A stretch of 63,852 bases of DNA, the filler included, from Bipalium vagum (lineage: Eukaryota): NCBI GenBank assembly GCA_037834085.1. It is 3 parts of 3 records of this genome, joined end to end, with 100 filler letters (N's around TTAATTAATTAA, not from the genome) between each part and the next. Parts side by side here need not be neighbours in the genome. Positions count along the whole stretch, not along the records: positions 1 to 31,142 come from JBBMKC010258857.1; positions 31,243 to 47,053 come from JBBMKC010144705.1; 1 more part is not named here. One strand, 5' to 3'. The notes under the pieces were generated by a model. It did not search any database. It was not told where the DNA came from and saw nothing but the letters and a program-made list of their open reading frames with translations. A program made the translations under genes and the position numbers. Shown one piece after another: positions 26,700 through 39,179 of this stretch. Each line of letters begins with the position of its first letter. Within the stretch, counting starts at the first letter, position 1.

Positions 26700-29189
26700 A
26701 ACGAAATGAAATCGTTTCACGGTTCCTTCTCTTTTAAACAATTTTTCCTTATTCAACGTAGTCAAATAAGCAGCCAATGAAATGGAACCATGTGGATATA
26801 TTACTAATTGATGAGGAATTGATTTCTTTTCCCAAACAAGACTGAAACTGTTTAAGAGAAACATACATTGAAAGCATAATCTGTGAAAATTAATTATCCA
26901 TCATTAGTTCTCTAAGAACATAAATATCGAATTATTATTATAATTATTATTACAAATTATTATTATTATTATTATTAATATTATTAATAATAATAACTTT
27001 GTGGGTGATGTTCATCCATAGTTTAATTAGGCAGAACATTAGGCAAAGAACATCTGTCAAATGAAATATACATCTTATAATGGTTTGATCATTTCTTTAT
27101 GAATTTGAGACCAACGTGTTTGCGTATGTTTACCCATTCATTCAACCATTATCATCTTTAACTGTGCTTTAGTTTGTCGCTAATAAAATTTAATAAATCT
27201 AATGAAATGTAATAAAAGTACATCCCTTGATTACAAGGATAACTTTAACAATGTTAATAAAATCTATGAAAAAGTATTTATATATCCATTGCGTCTTGTA
27301 TCTTGATTTCTTCCATTAAAAAATTGTCTTCAGAGAGAATATTTCTCTTTCTTTTCTCTGCAGTTCCGAGAGAGAAATGTCTATAAAAATTTCTATTGTT
27401 TTTAATTCCTTGCAATCTGCAGTCCTTTCTTCATGAATCCATTGTTCCTCAGTTTTCATAAAGCATTCCACGTGAAAGGGAGTTCACCTGACCAGACTGC
27501 ATTGTCCCTGTTCCCATTTCCACTGAAGAACAATGAATCCTCGGTTCATGTTATGTAACCATGAAAAGAAAACAAGATATTTTATTGAGAGAAAATTATC
27601 AATAACAGTTCCCAAAATTGTTCCTAACTTTTAATTTTTATTAATATTATCTGTTTTTGTTTTACTAAATTAAACGTGGTAATATTAATTATTTGCTTGT
27701 TTAAACGAATTAATTGATTTTAATTCAGCCTTCGCATTACTTGAAATTCATCCCGAAAACTTTACCTTTTTCGCCAACAATATATTTTTATTCAAAGCAT
27801 TTCAAAAAGGTGACTTACCCATTTTAAAAATAAGGATTTTGTTGTGAAACAAAGAGGCCTGGAAAAAAGAAGATTCTAAAGCATTATTGTTTTAAGAAAA
27901 TAACAAGACTTTTATGGTTTATCAAAGTTAGCGGGTAGCACTCAGTTTAATTGAATATAAGGATGGTTAATTCCGAAAGCAAAGAATACAGGAATGGATA
28001 AAAGAGGATTAGAAAGAAATACAGTTTATGATAGTACAAGTAAAAGAGCGGATAGTTTCAGAAGAGGTAATGAGGAAGAAATGAGGAAGAAATGAGGAAG
28101 AAATGAGGAGAATTGTCATAAAACAGGTCATTTGGAAACTGTCCGTTGGTCGAGGAAACCAGCTCAAAGACATGTAGTCAATATTGATGGGAAAATTCAT
28201 GTCTTTTCTATTTCTTTTAAAGTTTTTAGTTCTTCTTTAGGATTATGTTGTAAATTTCTTTATCACTTTTATCTGTTTTAGATGTTTTTTCTTCTTTAAA
28301 TAAGTTTGGTTGATTTTGAAAATTAAAAAAGAAAATATTTTTTTACTCACAATTGTATTTAAACTAATTTCATTTAAAAACAGTTTTCGTACGGCTTTTA
28401 TACTACATGATAACGTATAAAACCTTGGCTCAAGAATTTTAAATTTGGTCTAAGTGATACTTAAAAATAATAATCTCCCTACGACGAGGTTGGCCAAATA
28501 TCATCCTTGGGAGCAAAGAATTTTTTCACACGAAAATGCTTTTCTCGGGATGGGCCAAAGACGAAGAAATCGCAAAAGACTCTTTTCATCTCAATTCCAC
28601 GAAAACATCAATTATAATTAATCCATATCGTTCTATTAGAGAACCCTTAATAGAACTTACTGCAATAAAAGGTAATCAAATAGATATTTAGTCTTCGTTT
28701 GTTTTTTTGTAAAGGGGGCCTAAAAATTATGCATCTCTGAAAAAACGTTTTTTCCAAAATATAATTGGTGCACAAATATTAAAATGGATAACACTTTAAC
28801 ATCATTGTTACAGGAAGTTCTTCATATATTAAAAATTTTAATTATTTTATTATTTTCATTATATAACATTTTATATATCGTATTTTGAAAAGACAAAATA
28901 TCAATTTTGATTGCAAATTACATTTTATGGGTGTTAAAGTTTGCTCATTGGTATATACCTAAGCCATGGTATAAAGCACGACTACTGGATATAAGAGCAA
29001 AGAAATGGTTGATGAAGTTCCGCATTCAACGAGAAAATTACTTACGCTTATGATGGGAATATTGATATCCAATTATTGAGGACAAGGAAACGCAGAACAT
29101 GAATGATAACAAAAAAGAACCCCTCGAGCAACAAATACCATTATGGTGGAAATGCTTAATTTTTATAAATCATAAGAAACGTATTTAAT

Positions 29190-29930
29190 TTTGATATGAC
29201 GTCAGGAAAATACAACTACCGACTAAGTGATCAGCCATTGAAGCAATAGATGGAGGGGACAGTCTTTGAAATATTTTACTTAATGGTGACTCATACAAAA
29301 TTGATTGTACCATAACGACAGATAGTTTTTATGACTTGAAGAAGTTGTTGAAGTTATACCTATGATTTGTAGCAAAATGTGTTCTTGTCAAAATGTGACT
29401 GTAAAAATGGAAATGATCACCGACCAATTTAAAAGGATAATGTAGAAACATTTAATGACATCGGAGGTAGTCTTGTTCCCGATTAACCACTATTAACCAA
29501 CCAACACAATCTCGAAATGTAAATGAAAACGATATCGGTTTATTCAAGAAATTCAATAATAGTTTTTCTTAGAAATAAAGGTAAAAATGTTGAAGAACTT
29601 TGGTTTTCATGAGAAGAAATTTCTGATCAACTAAACGTAAACGGAAGCCTATTTTTAAAGCGTCATTCATCGCTAATTATTCCAGTTTCCATTGCTCGTC
29701 AGACCATATGGAGTGATATCACTCTGGGACGTGCTCTCTTTCTATCATTTTGAAACAAGACCTTTTAAAATAAATAATAAAAATCAGAATAAAATGTTAA
29801 AAAAATTATTTTCTTTAAGAAATATAAAAATTGTTCAAATTTTTTTTATTGTTTCAATTAAGAATTATTTATTTGGCGTTAATTTAACATTTCTTCGTTA
29901 ATATTTAGATAAAAACTCTTCAAACCTTTA
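29190..29930. repeat. Diverged direct copy of the 16430-17140 block
   Basis: atgacgtca...tgatca-ccattgaag...catacaaaattgattg and gtgatatcactctgggacgtg...catcattttgaaacaaga shared with 16430-16600 and 16940-17140. Confidence 0.7.
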
Positions 29931-30045
29931 CAGGAAAACCTTGATTTGCTTAATTTTGAATTTCTTGTGACATAGTTTCCATACCAAAAACTTGGCGTAA
30001 TTTTCTGATATATATTTTGAATTGAGTAATTAAATTTTTTTAGGT

Positions 30046-31140
30046 ACAGTAAAACGAGCTTAAATTGAACACCATAGTGTCCTTGCTGAAAAGTTCAAAT
30101 TAGAGAGGTGTTCAGATAATCAAGGTGTTGAAGTTTAACAGGTTACATTACACATCTGTTTACATTTTTGTTCAATTTTACAAGGTTTTAAAAAAATAAA
30201 AGTAAGGTAATTAAATTGAACAACTTAAAGTACTACAAAATTAAATAACGAATATGTAAACATTTATTCTTTATGAAAATATTGACCAATGGTGGTTTTT
30301 TTCAATACAGTTATCTTTTTAGATAATATTATTCGTTGTAATTCAGATAAAGATGGTATTGCTGAATCCAAGTCATTAAAAATTATATAATCGGATAAGG
30401 TTTTTAGACATCCCATTGCATTAGTCATTGATGGTTTTATTTGCAAGCTTGGTTTATCATTATCATCATCAGCTTCAATAACATCGACATCTATTGGATT
30501 CAGATTTGTATCCACCCACTGTTCACCGTCAATGCAATCATATGTTTGTATCTCTTCGTTTATTATTATTGGTTCATCTAAGCATAAAATAAATTAGCAC
30601 ATTCTAATAAATTACATTCCTCTGAATCGGATGAAAAAATTTGAAACCAGTTATATATCCTTTCGTCCAATATAGCAGCATTTCCAGTTAGTCTACATAA
30701 CCTTGTTTTATTTAATGACTAATTTCTGTTAATTTTATTTGTTAATTTGCCCCCTACATTTTTCAAACTAGATGCAGTGCCTATTGAGATTTTATATTTC
30801 TTAGCAACAGCTCGTACGGACAAACCGTTCTTCAATTCATGCTGACATTTAAATTTCTTTAAAATACATAAGTGCATAGTAAATATAATCTAAACTTAAA
30901 TTTAGGAAGCCATTTTTTATTATTTAAACAAAAAATCAATATTTTTTTTGAATTTAAAAGGTAATTTTAGCTCAAAAATTTTTTAAAAAGTGTACAAATT
31001 TTAAAGTATACAGGTTTTCAATTAACACAGGTGACAATAACTTATATTTACAATGTACGGAATTAAATTGTTCAATATTTAGGGTATCAAATTTAACCTG
31101 ACTCCAAAATCTTAGGTGGTGCAAATCAAAACAATCAGTA
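30046..31140 (-). mobile_element. pogo/Tigger-like element remnant
   Basis: TA-CAGTAAAAC terminus at ~30046; minus-strand HTH-psq-like LKNGLSVRAVAKKYKISIGTAS; C-terminal KKTTIGQYF typical of Tigger-family transposases. Confidence 0.6.
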
Positions 31141-31142
31141 AA

Positions 31143-31242
31143 NNNNNNNNNNNNNNNNNNNNNNNNNNNNNNNNNNNNNNNNNNNNTTAATTAATTAANN
31201 NNNNNNNNNNNNNNNNNNNNNNNNNNNNNNNNNNNNNNNNNN
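31143..31242. other. Assembly gap with artificial TTAATTAATTAA linker (same at 47054-47153; plain gaps at 19847-20050 and 60896-61043)
   Basis: Two 100-bp N runs share the same central 12-mer, which encodes stops in all six frames. Confidence 0.9.
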
Positions 31243-31324
31243 TTTCTTTATATAAAACTGATTTAAATTTTTAATGACAAAATTAAAATAACATTGTATT
31301 TAACGTTCAAATTTATTCCTTTCA

Positions 31325-31620
31325 ATGGACTTTGTTAGTGACAAGCTATGCAGTTATTTAGATTCAAATCCTAGGGATGTATTGGTGATGGACAATTGCA
31401 GGTTCCATCACCGCAAAAATGTTATTAAGTTACTTACAGATTTCTGCCACCATACTCGATTCGGCTACAATTCGCAAATACTGTATCATCTTTTTATGAG
31501 AACCATTATAGATCGGGACGATTAATTACTTAATTACTCATGCGTAACGATATAGATTTAAGTGATTATTTTCGCAACATGGCGGTTTATAGAAAAACCT
31601 TGGCGAGACAATAATTTATT
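31325..31620 (+). mobile_element. IS630/Tc1-like transposase fragment
   Basis: VLVMDNCRFHH matches the second catalytic-Asp motif of Tc1/IS630 DDE transposases. Confidence 0.55.
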
Positions 31621-31789
31621 TAGTGTACTTTTCCATTAAATATTTCTGAATAATTTTTCATATATTTCTGCATAACCCTGTAATTAAATTATATGACTAA
31701 TTTTTTGTCTGATAAATACAAATATTCAAAATTTATTTAAAAATTTACATGTGGTTACAAACCCTGTAACTTCGAATGTCATTTAAAAG

Positions 31790-32225
31790 AAAAATGTCTG
31801 CTCAATTCTTTTTATTAGATATTTGGGATCTTTTACCTTTTTTCCCCATGTGGGGAAAAAAAGCAAGAGATTTTTATTGGGGTTTACAGAAAAATCTCGA
31901 ACTAATCCGTAGTGTTACAACAGATGTAATTGTTAATTACCTTTTCAAAGGTGTTTTAAACAAATGCTTTCAATGTAAATGCTGTGCCAAGTCAATTATA
32001 AGAAATATATTAGCATACGAACAGATTCTATTTTTGTGAGTTATCGATTTCATATAAGTATTGGTTTGAAGTTGCTAAGTTGATGTTGATAAAAAAATTG
32101 GATTGACTTCTGTGATGACTTAAGAAAATTTTGTGATTATTAATCCACAGTAAACCTTTGTAAATTAGGTGGTCAAGGAATTATATGCCAGATCGATGAA
32201 AGTTTATTTAGGCATAAACAAGCAC
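31790..32225 (+). mobile_element. Merlin (IS1595-like) transposase fragment
   Basis: LGGQGIICQIDESLFRHK at ~32165-32220, preceded by a Cys-rich region; VEIDES-like motif. Confidence 0.55.
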
Positions 32226-33254
32226 AAGTACACGCAGATTATTTTTCGATCTTGGTTCATCCAATTTAATCATACATAGAAAACTGAAGAAGCTTAGGAT
32301 AGTCAACAGTGTAAAGTATTTCCCCATCAATTGACCTCTCAACAAGTAATACGTGTTTGGATGTTTGCAGTCAACTGCTAAATGAAGGAATGGACAGTTG
32401 TCTGGTCAGGCCTTTGATTGCTTGTTACGAAAAATGAATATTCTTCCGTAATCCAGACACAACAAATCAGTGCTTAGAGATGGGTACCTTACCGAAACCC
32501 ATTGTCAAACAAGGAAAGTTTGAACAAAAGCTCATACTATGCGTCTGTTAAATTTCGAAGTTTTCGTTTACTTTTAGTTCTAGATGGGTGCGCCAACGAC
32601 GCCAATCTTTATTAATAGGAAATGAAAGGAATGCAAAGTTCTGTCCCAAAAGTACCCAGTTCTGGTGAAGAGACAACTAGTAATTATTCGGCAAGCAATA
32701 ATTCTCCAGCCAATATGGCTCGAATAACTCACCAAAAATGGAGAGAATTGAACTAATGTTTCATGCTTCATGCTCCCCAGACCTTGCACGAAGTGATTAC
32801 GTTTATTCAGATCTATAGCACCTTTTCTTGAAAACAAATCCTTTGCAGACTTAAAGGATGTCAAAGTGGAGCTTCCTGAATTCTTCGACTGAAAGCCGTT
32901 AGAATTTTACCGGATAGGAATGAAAAACATAACAGATTGTATTTTGAAGATTAAATTAGTAAAGACCTTTGTAATATTCTAGTATACTGAATTTATGACC
33001 AATGTTGATTTCGGAATCTAGTGTGCATCCATCTTCCAAGATTTTTCACATGTCATGTAGTCATCTGTAAAATGTTGCCTTAACAACTCTTGGTTGAGTT
33101 GCAATGCCGGGTTTTCATTCAGTATTGTTTCCAATGGCTCTGTTTCAATTTTGTGGGGTGCACTAGACTGATCTCAATCACTTACGTAAAAATTACTCGC
33201 CTTAAGACGTCTAAATCAATAAAAGTGTTAGAAGATATCGTTCCTTCAACAAGA

Positions 33255-33314
33255 ATGGAACACATTTATTTTCAAATTTTTACATATTTTTCCTTGTTGG
33301 TATTCATAACGAAT
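33255..33314 (+). CDS. Putative first (signal-peptide) exon of micro-exon gene
   Basis: ATG at 33255, MEHIYFQIFTYFSLLVFITN, then GTATGT donor; ~450 nt upstream of the first micro-exon. It ends in phase 0, so a phase-switching exon is needed and was not confidently identified. Confidence 0.5.
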
Positions 33315-33766
33315 GTATGTCGTAAATACTTAATCAATGGCCACCATGGATTTTAATTTTTTTAATATTAGTTAATAAATAACTAAAAAAAATTTTTCAA
33401 TTACCTGATGTAATACATAACTGTAATTAAACAAAGATTAAATTATTATGTAGTTGTAAGAATCAGATTTTAAAATCTATGCATACACGTAATAAAACTT
33501 GTTTTCAATAAACATTTTTTCAAGGAAAGTTAAAAAATATCAAAAATAAAATTATGAATATTAGAAAGCAAGCAAATTTGTATCACTATTTTGATTTGAA
33601 ATAATTTTTAGACTAACTATATTGTTATGATTTTTTCGTTTTTTATTATATAACATTCTTAATTTTTATTGGTTAATTGTCTATTGCGAACTGAACTGTA
33701 AATACCTTCAAATGAATAAAAATTGTAAATTGAAAAATCTTTATATTATAATCATGTTTCATTTAG

Positions 33767-33805
33767 AAACCAACCAGATGTCCATACTAACACGATAAAT
33801 TCTGA
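33767..33805 (+). CDS. Micro-exon 1 (39 nt, phase 2-2): NQPDVHTNTINSE
   Basis: TTTAG|AAAC...TCTGA|GTAAGT; flanking intron homologous to the other micro-exon units. Confidence 0.75.
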
Positions 33806-33937
33806 GTAAGTATTTTTGGTATAAGTATTCGTTATTCGTTTAGTTATGACATTTTCACATAAATTTTGTATGAAAGTATTATTTTTTTTTAAAATTTTTA
33901 TTATTTGTTTGGAACATTTCAAAATATTAAGTTAATA

Positions 33938-35130
33938 CTAGGTCGTTAGAAAAATCCCTGGCCTAACATAGAAAAACAATTTTTCAAGACATGAACTAGA
34001 TTTATTATTCAACTTAGTCTCCTTTTAGGAAAATAAATCTCTTCCATCGAATTTCAAGTTTTTTATACCCTCTGAAAAATATTATTTCTCCAACTCTTCA
34101 AAATGCGCTGTAGTTTCAGCTATGACTTCACCATTTGTGTGAAACCTTTTACCAGAGAGCCATCTTTTAAAGGTTGGGAATAAGAAAAAATCGCTAGTTG
34201 CTAAGTCCGGAGAATACGATGGCTGTTGAAGCAAATCGTAGTGCAATTCGCGTATTTTAGCCGTTGAAATTACACTTCAATGAAGTGGTGCATTGTTATT
34301 ATGCAACAACAATTTTTTGTTAAATGTGGTTGTTTTTCTACAATTATATTACTTAATTGATCCATTCATCCTGCTTAATATTGTCCCGTTATCGTTTTCC
34401 ACTTTTCAAGGAAATCAATAAAAAGTATTTCATGGGCGTCCCAAAAAGCAGTTGCCATAACCTTTCCAGCCTACTGCTATGTGTGAAGCACTTTTACCGG
34501 ATCATTCCCACTGCTTTGACTTTCGTGATGATTCCGGTGTGTAATTATGTATCCACGTTTCATCAACAGTATATAACGACGGAAACATTCATTTGGATGC
34601 TTAAATATAGCTTTGAATCATTAACTCGTTGTTGCTTTTGATCGATTGTCAAAATCCGCTTTATCCATTTTGTGACAAGCTTTTGCATTTTCAATTCATA
34701 GTGAATTTTTTTCAATCACTATTGCCTGATATCTTTGCCAGATTAGATAACTTGCGGATTTTGATTTTTCGATCATTCATAATTGTTTCGTGGATTTTTT
34801 GAATGTTCTCTGGCACAACCACTTCAATTGGAAGACCGCTTATACGATCTCGTTTAAATTCAGCAAACAATTTTTTTTACCGTTGAATACGAAGGAACAG
34901 AATTACCATAATATTTATCCAGTTTTTCTTTTTCTTCTTTTGGTGTTTTCTTTCGTAAAAAATAATGCTTAATTAATATGCAAAATGCACCTTTTTCCAT
35001 GTAAAAAAATGAAAACTGACTGTAATTTTAATGTTAGTGGATAATTTAAACAAACTGATAGATTTCATTAAAATTTGGAATTTCATAGTTTACAAGAATG
35101 TATTTTTCATTAATTTTGGTAATTTTTTAC
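33938..35130 (-). mobile_element. mariner element, decayed
   Basis: TA-flanked terminus CTAGGTCG at 33938; minus-strand pieces HNNAPLH, QPSYSPDLATSDFFLFP, LTIDQKQQRV. Confidence 0.75.
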
Positions 35131-35132
35131 TA

Positions 35133-36050
35133 TTAGGTCGTCACATATGAAATGTCCGATTTTAAAACTAATTTTTTAAACTACTATTTTCACATAATAT
35201 TTAACATTTGGAACTTATTTAAATATCATTTTGAAGAGTTACATATTGAGAATCAATATATAATATTTGTTTTAAAAAGTGAATTATTTAAAATAATTTT
35301 AGAAAGCATGGGAATGATATTAAAAAATACGGAAATGCGAGCAATTATTTATACGAATGAAAATTAATATATAATGCATCAGAAGCTGCCCGAAACAACA
35401 ATTTCGCATTTGGAGAGGGATCAGCTAATGAAAGAACTATTACCAAGCAATCAGTTCGAGAAAAAGGAAAAACCTTATTCGTTAGTCGTCAGACCATTTC
35501 CTGACATTTGAAAGTCATTGGAATGAAAAAAAAATAGATCAATGGGTTTCACATTTATTGAGTAATTATCAAAAATCGTAGAGATTGAAAATTTGCCAAA
35601 TACTACTGGATCGAAATGAAAAAGACCCATTTTTAATTCGCATCGTCACGTGTGATGAAAAATGGGTTATTTGTTACAATAGTAGACGTTCTGCTCAATG
35701 GTTAGATGCCGACCAAGTTCCTTTAAATTGTCCAAAGCCGGATTTATACCCGAAAAAAACAATTTTAACAGTATGGTGATCTATGGCTGAAGTCATACAT
35801 TTTTCTTTATGCGTTAAACAACCTTCTTTGGTCAATAGGAAAGGAATCATACTCTTGCATGATAATACCAGACCACATGTGTCAAAGAAGATGTTGCAAA
35901 AGCCGTTAGACTTAAAAATTTAAACTTTGAAACATCCACTAATTCGCGCGATCTAATTGTTTTGCATATAGTTTGATCATGATTCAGCACTTCAAAGTAA
36001 ACTAAACTATTCATGTTCCACAACACATAAATAGATAACATTGAAATGCT
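35133..36050 (+). mobile_element. mariner element, decayed
   Basis: TA-TTAGGTCG terminus; RIVTCDEKWV, KPDLYPKKTILTVW, ILLHDNTRPHV. Confidence 0.8.
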
Positions 36051-36069
36051 CTAACAATAGGATTTTGAA

Positions 36070-36620
36070 GAGAGGAAGTATGACAATTTTATCCAAAATT
36101 TGTATTGAATTTTTAAACATAAAATACGTTTTTTGAAGGTCAATTCAGAGTTAATTGCAAATTTACCGGATTACGAAGATACAATGATCGGAGGAAATGG
36201 TATAATAGTCGAGATGGACGTAACAAAATTGGCCTAACGAAAAGATCATGAAGGCCATCATACTGAAAGAGTATGGGTCATCCGTAGTTCCGACTATACA
36301 GAGAAAAAAAATTTTAGTTATCTAATTGTTCTGGAGATACATTATTGGAATTAATTAAAAACAGGTCGGATTCATAATTTATATTAATATCTGGAAAGTC
36401 TACAATGGTCTTTAGCAAAATAAGTGTGGACACGAAACTGTTAACCATTCTCTAAGTTAAAAAATCAAACAGATGCCCATATATATATAACTGAAGGTCT
36501 TTGGAATGATTTAAAAATGGGAATAAATTAGTCATAGAAGACATTTTTCTTGTATGTGTCTGGAGGAGGAAGTACATAAATAATTTGTAGGAAGCCTTTC
36601 TAATAACCTTTTAAATTCAC
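36070..36620 (+). mobile_element. Merlin (IS1595-like) transposase remnant
   Basis: IGGNGIIVEMD, RVWV, GHETVNHS and ITEGLWND fragments. Confidence 0.6.
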
Positions 36621-36817
36621 TTTGAATTTGTGTAAAATAAAATAATTTTAGACTTTTTAGTTGCATAACAAAAATAAGAAATCATAAACAATAAAAATTG
36701 TAATTAGAATTAAATACCACAATACTTATCAAATAAATATCAATCTAAAACTCTTAAAGTCCTATAATAAACAAAACTAACTTTCAACGCTCATATAGCC
36801 AAATATTTATTATTTAG

Positions 36818-36859
36818 AAGCCAAACAGATATGCATGGTATCAAATTATTACATTCTGA
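36818..36859 (+). CDS. Micro-exon 2 (42 nt, phase 2-2): SQTDMHGIKLLHSE
   Basis: TTTAG|AAGC...TCTGA|GTAAGT. Confidence 0.75.
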   Translation, partial: KPNRYAWYQIITF

Positions 36860-36977
36860 GTAAGTATTTTAGTATAAATATTTATTTATTTATCTACGCC
36901 TTTGTCACATTAATTGTATCTGAAAGTATTACAAAAAAAAGTAATTTAAAATATTTTATTTGGAAAACTTCGAAATA

Positions 36978-38253
36978 TTAGGTTTAAAGAAATAAATAGC
37001 GATTTTTGACATTGAAATTCAAATGAACAGATCACAGCTTATAAAAAATTTTATTTATGAAAAAAGAAACCATTACAGTGTAATCATTTCTCAAGAGTTT
37101 ATTTATCCAGACTCGATAAAAATCTTGAGTTCTATTCTTTAGAGTTAGAAATTCATTAGTTTGCGTTTAAAATTCATTGGTTTGAGTTAAGACTGTAAAT
37201 GGTATAGATGTTTCAGTCTAATGCCACCATCATCATTAGGGAATGTTCTATCACTGAAGAACTTGTCCAAATGTTTGAAGAAATAATAATCAGTAGGCGA
37301 GAGGTCTTGTCGGACAGAATTTCAATATCAACCTGGTTCAATTTTGTACGCTATATTGCGTAATGTGTGGTCTGCTGTTATCATACGAGAAGCACTGAGC
37401 CTTTTCTAGTAAATGCACTTTAGTTTTAATAATTTTTTCATACAATACTTTTAAGCAACAATTGTTTGACTACATTTCAAGAATTTATAATAGATCAAAT
37501 CAGTGGAACATTATCAAAGAGTCACCAGAACCTTCCGTTGGTGCAACTGTGATTTAGGAAAACGTTTAGGAAGTTCAAATAAATCTAACCACTACTGAGA
37601 AAGTTGGCGTGTTCGTACAGGATCTATTTCTCAGCACATGTTCCAATTTAATCTAAAAAGTTTCCTTTTTGCTGCGCAAAAGAAGTGCTGAAGACACCTC
37701 AAAACGACATAATTTTTACTTTTCTGTCTAATTTGTGGAACCCATTTGTCGAGTATCTTTGACTTTCCTATTTCTCTCAGAAGGTTGGAAACAGTCACAG
37801 CCGAAACACCTATCACACAGCTAAGCTCTCGAACAGTTTTACTTGAATCAGTATCAACCAGTACCCTCCAATCATCATTGAAGAAGGAAGATTTTCGTCA
37901 ACGAACATCTTTCTCTTGAATATCTTCATTTTCGTCCTTAAATATCTGAAATCAGTGTTGAGTCCGACGTTCACTAGGGGTACCTTTTCCAAGTATGCCG
38001 TTTGTGTAGCAATACCATCCATTTTGTATTCATAGAGGAACACTTCTAATTTGGATGTCGTTCATCTCGTTTTCAAATGCCCAAAAATATTTAGATAATT
38101 TTTCTTTATTAAAGATTTTTGTTGACTTACCTTTTTAAAAGGTCTTCTTTTAAGATATTAAAAAATTTATATTAATTAAACAAAATTTTATTTAACAATT
38201 CATAATGTAAAAGTGAAGTCATAGAATTCCCCACTAATTTCTTTACAACCAAA
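36978..38253 (-). mobile_element. mariner element with both degenerate TIRs, inside a micro-exon intron
   Basis: TA TSDs at 36976-77 and 38254-55; TIRs TTAGGTTTAAAGAAAT vs revcomp TTTGGTTGTAAAGAAAT; MFLYEYK, LDKWVPQ, DLSPTDYYFFKHLDKF. Confidence 0.8.
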
Positions 38254-38317
38254 TATCTTCAAATTACTTAAGTATTTTAAATTAAAAATTTTCGAATTGT
38301 AATTATTTATTATTCAG

Positions 38318-38362
38318 AAGTCAAGATGATGCCAATAATTACTCTTCGATACCATATGAGGA
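38318..38362 (+). CDS. Micro-exon 3 (45 nt, phase 2-2): SQDDANNYSSIPYEE
   Basis: TTCAG|AAGT...GAGGA|GTGAGT. Confidence 0.78.
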
Positions 38363-38565
38363 GTGAGTATTTTTAGTATAAATATTCATTATTTATTTAT
38401 TTATTCTAATGTTACTTTAATTGTTGTTGAACGTAATTTAAGTAAGTTGAAATACTTTTGTATTATTTTTTAAATGTAAGTGATTTGGAAAGCATTCAAA
38501 GTACCATGAAATTAATATAATATTTTAAATTGAAAATTGCTTTTAATTAATTATTTATTATTCAG

Positions 38566-38607
38566 AAATCCAGATACCAATAATTACACTTCGATACCAT
38601 ATGAAGA
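38566..38607 (+). CDS. Micro-exon 4 (42 nt, phase 2-2): NPDTNNYTSIPYEE
   Basis: TTCAG|AAAT...GAAGA|GTGAGT; part of a ~248-bp tandem duplicate with micro-exon 3. Confidence 0.78.
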
Positions 38608-38809
38608 GTGAGTATTTTTGGTATATATATTCGTTATTTATTTATTTATTCTAATGTTACTTTAATTGTTGATGAAAGTAATTTAAGTAAGTTAAAATAC
38701 TTTTGTATTATTTTTTAAATGTAAGTGATTTTGAAAGCATTTCACACTACTTGCAAATTAATATAATATTTTAAATAGAGAACTTTTATTATAATTTTTA
38801 ATTATTTAG

Positions 38810-38854
38810 AAATACAACAGATGTCAATATTGACCCGTTGACAATTTCTGATGA
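38810..38854 (+). CDS. Micro-exon 5 (45 nt, phase 2-2): NTTDVNIDPLTISDE
   Basis: TTTAG|AAAT...GATGA|GTAAGT. Confidence 0.75.
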
Positions 38855-39179
38855 GTAAGTATATTTTATACATTTTACACGCCAAGAAGCTATAATTTCA
38901 TAACTTTAATTTTAGTTTTACTCTATTATTAATTTTATATTATATCGATATATATATTAGGTTGTAACAATTTCTCGTGATTTTGAAATATATTGTTTCA
39001 AAAGTTTATATATTGATAAACAATAAAATATTATTTACAAATAATAATGAAAAATAAATTGGTAAAGTAATTTTCGTTATTATTTAGGACATTCTCCAAT
39101 CTTTTCACTACTTTCTAAAACCTTCATTCTAAAAATTGTTAGATATACTCAAAGAAATTAGTCAATCTCTGTGTAAGGA

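Noticed and set aside
28069-28110. 11-bp tandem repeat (AATGAGGAAGA)x3-4 and (AAT)n tracts such as ~18893-18925
   Set aside because: Ordinary simple repeats with no further structure.
31143-31242. Palindromic TTAATTAATTAA inside N runs (also 47054-47153)
   Set aside because: Same layout at both gaps and stops in all six frames point to an artificial contig linker, not biology.
33767-38854. Conserved flanks around short variable cores, superficially CRISPR-like
   Set aside because: Eukaryotic context, no cas genes, irregular spacing; the conserved parts are splice signals and intron sequence.
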